From an uncultured Methanosarcinales archaeon (lineage in GTDB: Archaea > Halobacteriota > Methanosarcinia > Methanotrichales > Methanotrichaceae), in the NCBI GenBank assembly GCA_963843555.1, contig CAWJKV010000006.1, positions 50,399 to 114,398 of the forward strand: a stretch of 64,000 nucleotides of DNA. Reading direction: 5' to 3'. The notes under the pieces were generated by a model. It saw only the letters and a list, made by a program, of their open reading frames with translations, was not told the origin of the DNA and ran no database searches. Numbering within the stretch: the stretch's first letter is position 1; the number at the start of each line of letters is the position of its first letter. Positions 30,177 through 40,367 of the stretch are shown here, one piece after another. Position numbers and translations under genes: made by a program.

Positions 30177-31361
30177 TCATCTCCCTCCCGTGGCTTCATC
30201 TATGCACTCTTCTGTGCTTCCCAGGCCCGCCTGAACACCGCCCAGGCCCGGTAGGTAGACCAGAGCCTTGCCGGAGTTGACCATCATCTTTCTGAAGCCT
30301 TCAGTGGCAGGGGAGACAACCATGCAGGTATCACAGAAGACCCGGGCCCCGCTCGCCTCGATCTGTGCTACCAGATCGGGACAGTCATCCCGGATCTTGC
30401 GGGCGGTGCACACCCACAGCTCTTTTTGGACCTTTCGGCCTTCCAGCAGACGGGCGATGGTCTCCAACTCCTCTCGAGAGCAGTGGGGACAGCCCAGGGC
30501 CACGATATCCGCATCGCACCCCCGGTATTTTTCGTAGACTTCCTCGATATCCTTTCTGCCCAGGGCTATCGTCTCAATGGGCTCTGACCCGTCGGGCGGA
30601 ACTGGAGTGACCGATCTATGAGAAGAATCTTCCACGTAGTAGAGGGCCACGGAACCACTGGCAGCCATGGCCGCCCCCAATGCCTTCAGCTCGTCCGAGC
30701 TGGGCCTCGTCCGTAGCCGAAATTGAGGAACTCCATCCTGGACGATTCTGCCCGTCAGAAATCCCAGAGCTCCAAAGTCCGAGCCCTGCAGATCTGCATC
30801 CACAACCACCAGGTGGGTGGGCCGACGATATTCATCCAGGTGGTAACCATAAAGCGCCGTCTTGCCCACCAGAGCCGCAGCCAGAGCGGACGGTCCTCCT
30901 TCGCGATTGGTCCGGGCTCCGATTATGGAATTAGCATAGGAGACGGCCGAGGACTCGCTCCAGGCCAGGTGATCGCCCTTGGAGGCGAGGCTATCATAAA
31001 TCTGATAAGGCGTGCAGGTGCAATCAATGGTGACGCCAAGTTTTCGATAGGCTTCGATGGTGGCCATCTGCCGGGAGGCGAACTCCTGGCTTATGCCCAT
31101 CTCTTTCCAGCGGCAGAGGTCCATGCCCGCCGGATTAAGGATGCTAGGAACGACCACCCGGCCCTCCAGGTCGGAGATCCACTCCAGCCCGGCTTCGCCT
31201 ATATTCTTGAAAGATACTCCCGCGATCTGCGCAGATCTGACAGGCACCAGCCTCTCGGCCCCAAAGATCTCTCCCAGGGCCACCAGGATCTCCATCATCC
31301 GGCAAAGGGTCTCCCCCTTTTCGCCCTGATAAATGCCTTCTTCCTCGCGGGATAGGTACAT
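30177..31361 (-). CDS. Aconitase X catalytic subunit (phosphomevalonate dehydratase large subunit, DUF521)
   Basis: CTCTPY, WSESSAV.YANS.IGARTN.EG, GCPH, DTCMVVSP, NSGK. Confidence 0.92.
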   Translation of the reverse strand: MYLSREEEGIYQGEKGETLCRMMEILVALGEIFGAERLVPVRSAQIAGVSFKNIGEAGLEWISDLEGRVVVPSILNPAGMDLCRWKEMGISQEFASRQMATIEAYRKLGVTIDCTCTPYQIYDSLASKGDHLAWSESSAVSYANSIIGARTNREGGPSALAAALVGKTALYGYHLDEYRRPTHLVVVDADLQGSDFGALGFLTGRIVQDGVPQFRLRTRPSSDELKALGAAMAASGSVALYYVEDSSHRSVTPVPPDGSEPIETIALGRKDIEEVYEKYRGCDADIVALGCPHCSREELETIARLLEGRKVQKELWVCTARKIRDDCPDLVAQIEASGARVFCDTCMVVSPATEGFRKMMVNSGKALVYLPGLGGVQAGLGSTEECIDEATGGR

Positions 31362-31420
31362 GACTCTTGCCTCTGGCTTGTTGGTATTAATCCTTTCCAG
31401 AAATCCGTTTCCAGACCAAC

Positions 31421-32344
31421 CTAGACCAACCGATACAAAGGATGCCCCGTCCCGGGCAGGATATCAAGGTCCCGTACCGCCTCGGCAACGAGAATGTCGG
31501 CCAATGCCGCCGCCGGAAAGATAAAGTCGCTATTCTCGATGGGCCCGTAAAGCAGATAATCACCTGCCGATAGGAGCTGCATGGCTGCGGCGGCAGCATC
31601 GCAGCACTTTCTGGTGCTTATCTCCTTTTTGCCGAGCCACGGCCAGGAGCTCACTGCATTGTGAATGCCTGAACCCACCGGCAGCCCGAGGCGCGCTTTG
31701 GCCACGACGGAAAATCGCAGCGACTCTCCTGCACCGCTGCCCAAAGGCACGACCCCTGGATCGATGAGCAGATTAACGAATCCTAATTCCCGGGCCAGGG
31801 GGATTAAACCCTTCTCCAATACCGAGCCTCCCGTCTCCAAGACCCGCAGGGCGCCTTCCACGCCTGGCTCGCCTGGATTGTAGGCTAGCATGATGGCACT
31901 ATCAATCTCGCTATCCAGCATGGCGCCCGCCTCCACATCGTCTGTGGCCAGGCTTATGCTGTTGTAGATGGCCCGATCCCCGTAGCCCAGCTCTGAAACC
32001 AGAAGTGCGGCTGAGGCGCGCGTGACACTATCCGCTGAGTCGATGATGAACGGTCCCTCCCAGACCTGCTCTGCAAAATCAAGATATCTCAGAAAGGCCT
32101 GACAAGTTCGAGCGTAGATATGCAGGACAGCGGGGCAACCCGTATCCTCGGACAGCTCAGCCTGGCGGGCGACGAGCCTCTCAGCCGCGGCATGGTCGAA
32201 GATGCCCAGTTCTTCATTCTCGACGATCCTGTGCCCCTGATAAAAGATGGTGCCGCATAGGACTGTGGCCAGCTCGCCCGGCTGGCCTCCGAACTTCACG
32301 CCCGCCACATTCACTATGGACTGCTCGCACTTGAATCTAAACAA
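31421..32344 (-). CDS. mtxH: MtrH paralogue (MtxH-like pterin-binding methyltransferase)
   Basis: MFRF..EQ..V..AGVKFGGQPGE..TVL.GTIFY; IYNSI; GSGIHN; YLLYGPIE. Confidence 0.85.
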   Translation of the reverse strand: MFRFKCEQSIVNVAGVKFGGQPGELATVLCGTIFYQGHRIVENEELGIFDHAAAERLVARQAELSEDTGCPAVLHIYARTCQAFLRYLDFAEQVWEGPFIIDSADSVTRASAALLVSELGYGDRAIYNSISLATDDVEAGAMLDSEIDSAIMLAYNPGEPGVEGALRVLETGGSVLEKGLIPLARELGFVNLLIDPGVVPLGSGAGESLRFSVVAKARLGLPVGSGIHNAVSSWPWLGKKEISTRKCCDAAAAAMQLLSAGDYLLYGPIENSDFIFPAAALADILVAEAVRDLDILPGTGHPLYRLV

Positions 32345-32348
32345 TTTT

Positions 32349-32954
32349 TCATCCCTCTACTGCGATCTGCCAGGCCCTTGTGTCCATGAAGACTCTTGCT
32401 CCGAAGAATAGATCGCCCTCTCCCATCAGTATCTCCTGCAATGCAGCCTTTCTTTTTACTACCTGGAAGGCCTCTTCAGGATAAGGCTTCGCGAGGAGGT
32501 TGTACTTGGAGACGAGCCTCCTGATCTCATCCATATTCTCAAGGCCGATGCAGTCTATCAGCGCCACCTGGTCCTGAAAGCGCTTGATAGCCTGGGGCGG
32601 AAGATTCTGGATGAAAGGTATAGCCCCCTTGGAGCCTATTATCCTGCCCTGCTCGTCGATGCCATTCTTGTGCAACGCGAGAATCGTATCGCCTGGCAAA
32701 TGGCCCTTCGACTCCACGCCGCAGATGATGAGGAATCGTATGTTGCAGTTGGAGATCACGTTGGCCACGATCTTCTCCACGCCCAGGTTCTCCGTCTTGC
32801 ACTGGCCAACTATGGCGGCTCCACTAACCAAAAGCGGGCTAGCCAGGGTAGTAACCGCTACACCCGTATTTGGGTCGCCCACCAGATAGTCGCCGCGCAC
32901 GGGCGGCCAGGGATCGTCATAGCCTCGTTTGGTGTTGCCGTCTTCCGCTGTCAT
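32349..32954 (-). CDS. mtxA: Soluble MtrA paralogue (MtxA-like corrinoid protein)
   Basis: [45 protein letters not shown]; no C-terminal TM helix. Confidence 0.85.
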   Translation of the reverse strand: MTAEDGNTKRGYDDPWPPVRGDYLVGDPNTGVAVTTLASPLLVSGAAIVGQCKTENLGVEKIVANVISNCNIRFLIICGVESKGHLPGDTILALHKNGIDEQGRIIGSKGAIPFIQNLPPQAIKRFQDQVALIDCIGLENMDEIRRLVSKYNLLAKPYPEEAFQVVKRKAALQEILMGEGDLFFGARVFMDTRAWQIAVEG

Positions 32955-33060
32955 ATATCTCCTGCTGGCATCTGGAAAGACCGATCAGCATTTATTTTTT
33001 CCGATCTTAAGAGAGAGAGAACCCCCCGTCTTTGAGGAACAAATATGAAAAATTGAAATA

Positions 33061-33110
33061 TCAGAATGGTAAATAAGTAAACTTGATCAGGAAATGGTAA
33101 TAACTACTTG
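33061..33110. promoter_or_regulatory. Tandem direct repeat in a divergent promoter
   Basis: TCAGAATGGTAAATAAGTAAACTTG / TCAGGAAATGGTAATAACTACTTG. Confidence 0.5.
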
Positions 33111-33145
33111 CGAGACTAATCTTGCCAAGAGATGGTGGCACTAAA

Positions 33146-33523
33146 ATGGCCTCTTACAAAGAAAGGATCCTGGAAGTTATCGGAGAATCGGAAGTAGGTC
33201 TTACCACGGTTGATGTGGCCAAGAAGGCGGGTGTCAGCAAGACCACGGTGATCAAGTACCTCTCCGTGCTCAGCTCCGAAGGGGAGGTTGAGTTCGTGGA
33301 GATAGGCCCATCCAAGCTCTGGAGGACAAAAGGCGCGTGCTTAAAGCGTGCGGAGGAGAGAGAAGCGACATTGAACGTCGAGGCGTTTCCTATGATGGAT
33401 ATAGACTTCCACAAGGGCGAGGACAAGACCGTCTATTTTTCATTCCGGGTCAATCCAGATCAGATATGCGCACTCATGAAGCGCGCCAATAAATGCATCT
33501 GTAAAGTTGCAGACACATATTAA
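33146..33523 (+). CDS. Winged-HTH transcriptional regulator
   Basis: GLTTVDVAKKAGVSKTTVIKYL..L...G.V. Confidence 0.85.
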   Translation: MASYKERILEVIGESEVGLTTVDVAKKAGVSKTTVIKYLSVLSSEGEVEFVEIGPSKLWRTKGACLKRAEEREATLNVEAFPMMDIDFHKGEDKTVYFSFRVNPDQICALMKRANKCICKVADTY

Positions 33524-33538
33524 TCGAGGAATAAATAA

Positions 33539-34909
33539 ATGCCGAGCGGTGCGCAGATGTCCATACCAAGGGAGATCAAAGACTTCTTCAGGATTGAGAA
33601 CGGTCAGACGCTTCTCATCAAGGGTCTGCCGGGAACAGGCAAAACCACACTGGCCCTGGAAATCATGAACAGCCTGTGCGAGGATAGAAATGGAATGTAT
33701 ATATCCACTCGTATAGATCCGCGCCGGCTCTATGCCACAAATCCGTGGGTCGAAGAGGTTCTCATGCCCAAGAACGTGGTGAACGCGACTCAAACCAAGC
33801 TCCTGGAGAGCCTGAAGGGGATGGGCAAGGATCTATCCAACTATTACGCAGTCCTGGACTTCTTCAAGGTCTTCTTCGACGAGACCGAGGAGATGGATAA
33901 TCCCATGATCATCATCGATAGCTGGGATGCAGTCTTGAATTATACTTCTCACCTCATAGGCGAATCTCAGCACAGCTTCGAGCAAAACATCTGCGAGTTT
34001 GCTCGCGATCTGGATACACATCTCATCTTCGTTTCCGAGTTCTCCAATGTGATGCCTTTGGACTACATCGTGGACGGAGTGGTGACCATGGAGCAGTTCC
34101 GCCTGCCCGGCTATGCAAAAGGGAGCATGAGAACCCGCTATGTTCGCCAGATCAAGCTGGATAAGCTGCGGGGGGTGGAGATCGGTCAGAAGACCTATAC
34201 AGTCACCTTGCATGGCGGCAGGTTCAGGTTCTTTGAACCCTACCGGGAGCATAAGGATGCCCAGATTGCCATTGACGGAGTCAGGGTTCCAGACCCCGCC
34301 GAAGATAGAATCTCCACCGGGATTCCAGATTTCGATACTGTCACGGGGGGTCTGAAGTACGGATCATGCAATGTGCTGGAGATAGACCATGGTGTGGGCA
34401 AGAGGTACTATCAGATCCTAACGGCCTTGGCGTCAAACGCCATTAAAAACGGTCGAGGCGTCTTTATCCTGCCCAGCATCGGCTATCAGCTCAGCTCGCG
34501 GGATATCTTTGTGCCCACCAACGTCATCGTCTCCCAGCCGGAAGGAGATGACCCGGTTGCATGGGGAAAAGATCTGCTGGAAAAGTGGGATGTATTGCGG
34601 GAGAGAACAGGCCGTCCCATTCTGAATATCATCGGTCTGGACGCAATCGAGTTCTGCTTTGGCTACAAAGCTGTTCTCAACCTGACCAACCTCATGATAC
34701 GCTACTGGAAGGAGACAAACGACATAAATGTGTTCGTGGTGAAAAGTGGCCAGGAGAGTATGAACATGGCCATACATACGGCAGATACCTATTTCCTGGT
34801 CAATGAACTGAACGGAGGGCTCTGCTTGTATGGAGTCATACCGAGAACCGAGCCGTACAATATGTTATTGGAGGACAGGAACAGGATCAGTCTGACTCCC
34901 ATGGTCTAG
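33539..34909 (+). CDS. KaiC/RAD55-superfamily ATPase, GvpD-like
   Basis: GLPGTGKTT, IIIDSW, LDYIVDGVV, KLRG; second domain ISTGI..FD with a degenerate P-loop. Confidence 0.85.
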   Translation: MPSGAQMSIPREIKDFFRIENGQTLLIKGLPGTGKTTLALEIMNSLCEDRNGMYISTRIDPRRLYATNPWVEEVLMPKNVVNATQTKLLESLKGMGKDLSNYYAVLDFFKVFFDETEEMDNPMIIIDSWDAVLNYTSHLIGESQHSFEQNICEFARDLDTHLIFVSEFSNVMPLDYIVDGVVTMEQFRLPGYAKGSMRTRYVRQIKLDKLRGVEIGQKTYTVTLHGGRFRFFEPYREHKDAQIAIDGVRVPDPAEDRISTGIPDFDTVTGGLKYGSCNVLEIDHGVGKRYYQILTALASNAIKNGRGVFILPSIGYQLSSRDIFVPTNVIVSQPEGDDPVAWGKDLLEKWDVLRERTGRPILNIIGLDAIEFCFGYKAVLNLTNLMIRYWKETNDINVFVVKSGQESMNMAIHTADTYFLVNELNGGLCLYGVIPRTEPYNMLLEDRNRISLTPMV

Positions 34910-34988
34910 CCTCATCTGTTCCTTTTCTTTGATTTTCCGAATCTTATTTGTCCAGTTTTCGTGCTCTTATTCTCTCCGTTCTCCCTCT

Positions 34989-35504
34989 TCAGGCTCTGGC
35001 CAGGCTCTTTGCCTCGCGGGCGATCTTTGTTGCGGCAGCCTTTCGCATCATCTCCATAAATTCTCTCTGCGTGGCAAAGATCAGAGTTCCTGATGGACAG
35101 GCACGTACGCATGCAGGCTCGTCCAGGTCCTTGCAGCGGTCGCATTTCACGGCCTTGCGCACCTCCGCCTGGCGGCCTATGACGCCGTAAGGGCAGATCA
35201 TGGCGCACATCCAGCAGCCTACACACTTCTCTTCATTGCGATCAACAACTCCGGTGACGGGGTCCTGAAACATTGCACCGGTACGACAGACGGCGACGCA
35301 GGATGCATCCAGGCAGTGGCGGCAGAGAAGGGGTACATTCTGATTCTCGGCCTTCTCTACATAGATCCGGCGTATGGGTCCCGGCTTCTCGAAGATTGCT
35401 CCAAAGAGGCTCTGAGAGGTCGAGTGCTCCACAGCGCAGGCCATCTCGCAGGACTTGCAGCCCAGGCACCGATCCAAACGTACGAATATCTCTTTCATCT
35501 TCAT
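34989..35504 (-). CDS. cooF: 4Fe-4S electron transfer protein CooF
   Basis: CLGCKSCEMAC, CRHCLDASCVAVC, CVGCWMCAMIC, KCDRC..PACVRAC; overlaps the cooS stop. Confidence 0.92.
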   Translation of the reverse strand: MKMKEIFVRLDRCLGCKSCEMACAVEHSTSQSLFGAIFEKPGPIRRIYVEKAENQNVPLLCRHCLDASCVAVCRTGAMFQDPVTGVVDRNEEKCVGCWMCAMICPYGVIGRQAEVRKAVKCDRCKDLDEPACVRACPSGTLIFATQREFMEMMRKAAATKIAREAKSLARA

Positions 35505-37354
35505 CACGCCAGTCCCAGCTTTTTGCGCTGGCCATCGATGTGATCGATCATGAGGTTTGCCGCCTGGAAGGGATCCGGCTCCACTGCAAAGCATGCACCT
35601 ACCACATCCCTGGCGCCTGAGGTGAGCAGTGCTGCCACAGCTGTGCTTCCCATGACGGGGGGCATGGTTCCCAGCACTGTGTACACTCCTGATCCCACGG
35701 CGTAGGTGCCGATAGCCACAGCCTTCTCGCTCATCCATTCCGGTGCGGCGGCGGCAGCAGGCAGGTCGCTTATGTCCACGCCCAGAGCATTTGCTATGGC
35801 CGCAGCAGCCACAAGAATGCGGCTGATGTCTACACAGGAGCCCATATGCAATACAGGCGGAATGCCCAATGCTTTGCAGACTCCCTTCAAGCCGTCTCCA
35901 GCTTTGTCCGCAGCCTCGGGCTGGAGCAGACCGGCTTTGGCGCAGGCCTGGGCGTTGCACCCCGTGGTGACCACAAGGACATTGTTCTTGATGAGTTCTT
36001 GAACCATATTGATGTGGCCGTAGTCGTGCGTTATCTTGGGATTGTTGCAGCCGACAACGGCCCCAATGCCGCGAACAGCTCCACTCTTAATGGCATCCAG
36101 GAGCGGATCGAGACTGCCGCCCAATGCTGAGACGATCGTCTCCACCGAAAAGCCTACCATGCACTTAGATCTAATCTCAGGGATATGGACTCTGGCCGGA
36201 TCCCGGTTCCGGTAGTTCAGGACGGCTGTCTGGACGATTGCTCTGGCCGTCTCAAGAGCCGTCTCCTCGTGGAATTCCATATGCGAAGCGCCTGGGAACT
36301 TGGCTTTGGGCGAGGTGGATATGAACTTGGTATGGAAACAGCCGGTAAGCGCTCCCAGGGCCGGCATGATGCACTGTACATCCACAACCATGGCATCCAC
36401 GGCCCCCGTGGCCACAGCCAATTCTTGTTGCAGGAAGTTGCCAGCCACGGGCACGCCCTGGCGCATGAGAGCCTCGTTTCCTGTGCAGCAGATTCCGGCC
36501 ACGTTGATGCCTTCTGCCCCCTCTTTTCTTGCCAGCTCGATCATCTCCGGGTCATGGGCTGCCGCCACAACCATCTCCGAGAGAAGAGGCTCGTGGCCGT
36601 GTACAATGACGTTGACCTGGTTGGGCTCCAGAACTCCCAGGTTGGCCTCGGAGAATGCTGGTGTGGGTGTGCCGAATAAGACATCCTGCAGCTCTGTGGC
36701 GATCATGGAGCCACCCCAGCCATCCGCCAGGGCCGTTCGCAGGCCTTGCAGTATCAGGTTAACATAATCGTTGTCCACGCCCATGGTCGTTCTGTGCATG
36801 CACTCCACGATCTCTCTGTCAATTCCGCGGGGCTCGATGCCCAGCTTTTTCCATAGCTCCAGCCTTTGGGGAGGAACACGGCGGGTGAACTGGATGGGGC
36901 CATCTTGCTTGCCAAATTCAGCAAGAATGGCAGATGCTAGCGCCGCCGGGCTGTCCACGCTGTACTCCTTCATCAGACGTTCCAGCTTGGCCGGATCCTT
37001 GATGCTGTAGGATGGTGCTTTGCCCTCCACAACGAGCTGGAAGGTCCGGGCTACATCCCGCGCGTGGTCGGAGTGAGCTGCCGCACCTGCCGCTATGCTG
37101 CGCAGGAGGTTTCGGGCGACTATGATATCCGATGTCGCTCCGCAAACCCCCATGCTGGCACCCTCCCCAAAGGGATCGATGCGACAGGGGCCCATGTTGC
37201 AGTTGCGACAGCATAAGCCCAGCTCCCCAAAACCACATTGAGGTTGCTGTTTATCTGACCGATCCCATGCAGTTTCCAGGCCGGCCCTCTGGCAGACCTC
37301 GAGCATCTCCTGGCTGGCAGGATCTATGGATCTATTGCGAACGTCCTTGACCAT
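35504..37354 (-). CDS. cooS: Monofunctional Ni-CO dehydrogenase catalytic subunit
   Basis: QPQCGFG..GLCCRNC.MGPC, HGHEP, GICCTGNE, DVQC, GCNN, TGC, MGSCVD, EWMSEKA. Confidence 0.96.
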   Translation of the reverse strand: MVKDVRNRSIDPASQEMLEVCQRAGLETAWDRSDKQQPQCGFGELGLCCRNCNMGPCRIDPFGEGASMGVCGATSDIIVARNLLRSIAAGAAAHSDHARDVARTFQLVVEGKAPSYSIKDPAKLERLMKEYSVDSPAALASAILAEFGKQDGPIQFTRRVPPQRLELWKKLGIEPRGIDREIVECMHRTTMGVDNDYVNLILQGLRTALADGWGGSMIATELQDVLFGTPTPAFSEANLGVLEPNQVNVIVHGHEPLLSEMVVAAAHDPEMIELARKEGAEGINVAGICCTGNEALMRQGVPVAGNFLQQELAVATGAVDAMVVDVQCIMPALGALTGCFHTKFISTSPKAKFPGASHMEFHEETALETARAIVQTAVLNYRNRDPARVHIPEIRSKCMVGFSVETIVSALGGSLDPLLDAIKSGAVRGIGAVVGCNNPKITHDYGHINMVQELIKNNVLVVTTGCNAQACAKAGLLQPEAADKAGDGLKGVCKALGIPPVLHMGSCVDISRILVAAAAIANALGVDISDLPAAAAAPEWMSEKAVAIGTYAVGSGVYTVLGTMPPVMGSTAVAALLTSGARDVVGACFAVEPDPFQAANLMIDHIDGQRKKLGLA

Positions 37355-37826
37355 ATCAGTACCTCTATAATTACGGCAGAGTATAAATCAGGACAAATTC
37401 CGCCTGCAACTATTTAATGTTAATCTTATTTTATTATAATTATTTCGCAAGAAAAATTTTCGAAGGACTGAAGAAACCATGTGTTTTATAAAGACATGCA
37501 TATCATCGTTGAGCTGGCCAAAGCGGTGATGACCGGAGAGTCTCGTCCTATACGACCTTGACGTTCCAGGCGGTAGATTCGGCAGTGCAAGCGATGTTGC
37601 TTGAGAAGAGACAATCTGGGAAGGAAGGGATTTGCGCCTTGGCTGTGCGCCCTCACGGGTGGTTATTGGCTGGGGTCATCCTTCGCGCCGGAATTTCTTT
37701 TGACCAGCTTGACCATCTTCCTTCCCTGCTCAATTGATCCCTATTCGCCAGGCATTAAACCGCAGATTGGTTCATACCGCTGATTATCCCAGCCAGATCA
37801 TCGGTTGCATTGCTGAGATTTTGCGT

Positions 37827-39269
37827 TTACTGATTCAATGTCGTGGTAACACCGGTCAGGTTTTGAGTCGATTGCTGCAAAGAATCAGCAAATCCTGTCA
37901 GGTTGGCAGATGCATTTGTTCCTATCCCGTTATTGGCGATGAATCCTAAAGTTGATTCCGGGTCTGAATAACCCACCACGAACCCGAGGAAGAGGCCACC
38001 GAAGAAGTCCTCAATGGTGACTATCTTCTGAACACCACTCTTTCGTGCAAAGGCCACGACAACCATTGCGCTGAGGATGATGGCCAATAGAAATCCCGCA
38101 GAAGGATCGGGTTTGGGCTCAGCAAGTGTGAAGCGAACTGCATATCCGGTAATGCCACCAAGTATCGCACCGGCCAAAATGGCCATGAGGTCGGCCTGGA
38201 TGGTCAATTCGGATCTAACAGTATCCAGGTGCTCTCGATAGTCTACTCCGTACTTGACTTGAATCTCGAGGTTTAAGGCTATGGGTGTAAAAAGCCAGCG
38301 ACTCTTTGTTTTGAAGACGAATTGCTTGATGATGGAGTCGTCTGGCTGCAGAAGAATAGGCTGCGGCTTCAGACCCACCTTCAGATATTGCAGATCAGGA
38401 GTAGCGATGCCCTGAGCTACACGGCTCTCTGGGTTGCCATTATCTGCCTGCCCTCCTGTCAAATTTTCTAAGAATTCGCTAAGGGCATCCTTCCACCCCT
38501 TTCTATTTTCTTGGACACATGTTTCGAGAATTCTCTTCGGCGAAAAGTCCATGAGATCTACAGGAATCTGAGTCTCCACTGAATACAAAACGATTGGGAC
38601 CTCAAAGGGATTTATAATTTTGACGAATACTGAGAACTCGTTACCAGCAATGATAATAGCTCTACCCTCATCAACTTCTATCTTTAAGTCTCCTCTTGAT
38701 ATAGAAGGTTTGGCTAGCTGCTCTGAAGGCGTATTTACAATCGTTCCCGAAAACTTTCCAACACTATGCAGAAGGCTGAGCTCGGACATAAGCTGCTTTA
38801 GCACATATTCCTGTTTGGAGAAGTACTCCTCCATCTTTGTCATTGTATCCGTTTTGGCCAACAGTTTTTCCATGAGGGGCTCGAAGATGCGTTTATCGAA
38901 CTCTTCTGCCTCCAGCAGAGTGTGAATTGCGGGAATCAAATCCCCTTCTCTTGGAATGGAAGTCTTCAGGCAGCTCAGCATGAGGTCCTTCTCTCCAGGC
39001 CAGACGTTGGAGAGAACGTCCTTTATTGCATCCTCATCTCCATCGGGTTTCCTCCAATAGTGCTCCACCAGAGGATCTAAGTTGATCTTGATGAGGTAAT
39101 CGACTATTCGCTGAGTTTTTACTTCTTTGAGAATCTCAAAGACATTCTTTTCCATAATCCTTAACTTCTCATCTACTCTTGCTTTCAACATCTCCATAGT
39201 CAATATTTGAGAGACATCCGGCTTTGTTACAGGATTGCTTTGTTCGCCTGCCATATAGACCCCTTTCAA
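37827..39269 (-). CDS. Hypothetical membrane protein (helical N-terminus, beta-sandwich middle, about 3 C-terminal TM helices)
   Basis: 480 aa ORF with hydrophobic segments near the C-terminus; very AT-rich upstream region. Confidence 0.75.
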   Translation of the reverse strand: MKGVYMAGEQSNPVTKPDVSQILTMEMLKARVDEKLRIMEKNVFEILKEVKTQRIVDYLIKINLDPLVEHYWRKPDGDEDAIKDVLSNVWPGEKDLMLSCLKTSIPREGDLIPAIHTLLEAEEFDKRIFEPLMEKLLAKTDTMTKMEEYFSKQEYVLKQLMSELSLLHSVGKFSGTIVNTPSEQLAKPSISRGDLKIEVDEGRAIIIAGNEFSVFVKIINPFEVPIVLYSVETQIPVDLMDFSPKRILETCVQENRKGWKDALSEFLENLTGGQADNGNPESRVAQGIATPDLQYLKVGLKPQPILLQPDDSIIKQFVFKTKSRWLFTPIALNLEIQVKYGVDYREHLDTVRSELTIQADLMAILAGAILGGITGYAVRFTLAEPKPDPSAGFLLAIILSAMVVVAFARKSGVQKIVTIEDFFGGLFLGFVVGYSDPESTLGFIANNGIGTNASANLTGFADSLQQSTQNLTGVTTTLNQ

Positions 39270-39719
39270 TATTCTATAATCATGCTTTTGTCATATGTCA
39301 TCAAGAACAGTATTTTCTTCCCGGGTTACTGGAACCGTATTGGTTGACACTGAATTTATCGAAATGACTATATAAGAAGGATACTCTTAACTACAAAAAC
39401 GTTTTTATTTTCTTGTATTTTAATTATATTATTCGATAGTTGACTGAGATAGGCTTAATTGATAAATATTTTGATAGTTTATTTCCGTGTTCAATCTACT
39501 CATTAATGGATTTGCGACACGAAAACATTTGCATTTAAGAAATATTTAACAGTCTGGACAGCTCACGGTAACAAGCCCTGCAGATATGCTCGCGCGTGCT
39601 CAGGGGCGCGCATGGCTGCGGTACCGCAGGCGCGCTTTTGGTGAGACTGCAGAGGAAGTATTGCCATAGCCATTTCCTTGCGGATAGGGCAGACCGCTTT
39701 TCAGTGTAATGCCCGGACG

Positions 39720-40012
39720 TAATTCGCATGATATTGGATCGGAGATCCGGAAGCTCATGCTTCAATACATCATCCGCAATTTCCCAATCCACGCCGAAAT
39801 AGTGGTGTGGACAAGCTTGTTTCTCATGCCAGTCATTTCCCTCCACGGTATCTCCGGATGTGACTTCAACAGATCCTCAGAGACATTTCTGGAAGCCTCT
39901 CCTATGATCTCCAAAGACTTCAAGCACGCCCTGCTGAGAATCTTATCGCCCACCAGGTTCTGCAATTCAACGCCAGCACAGTTATCAGTGAGGAAATCTT
40001 CTCATCGTGCCT
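39720..40012 (-). pseudogene. HepT/DUF86 HEPN RNase, degraded
   Basis: LEIIGEA..HPEIPW..M.GMRNKLVH.YFGVD; frameshift and apparent N-terminal deletion. Confidence 0.8.
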
Positions 40013-40028
40013 CAGGAGCTCTCTGTCC

Positions 40029-40309
40029 TTATTCAGACCAGATCACATCCTTCTCCACATATGGCCGGATGCGAGGGTGCAAACCCTTGACAGTGACAAG
40101 GTCCACCTTTCTTTCGAAGAGATCTTCGAGATAAAAGGAGAGGTTCATGAAGTTGCGGAAGGTCGGCTTCTCGAACTCCGCCAATATGTCAATGTCGCTG
40201 GATTCCTCTGTTCTCCGCGTGAGAAGGAGCCGAAGATGCCAGTCCGTTTTACTGCAAAGCCAGACTTAATATCCAGGATGTGGCTTCTGAGGAGGTCTAT
40301 TGCTTCCAT
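40029..40309 (-). CDS. Minimal nucleotidyltransferase (MNT) antitoxin, one frameshift
   Basis: GIFGSFSRGE..SDIDILAEF..LEDLFERKVDLVT. Confidence 0.85.
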
Positions 40310-40367
40310 GTTCAATCCAGCTCACTAACTGTTCTATGACGCTAAAAAGATTACTATTTGCCCATTT

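Noticed and set aside
33539..34909. Gas vesicle operon or circadian clock
   Set aside because: No gvpA-type or kaiB genes nearby
34989..35960. 323-aa N-terminally extended CooF ORF
   Set aside because: The extension is an alternate frame of cooS; the real start is at 35504 or 35498
37827..37829. Pyrrolysine or selenocysteine readthrough
   Set aside because: The stop is TAA, not TAG or TGA
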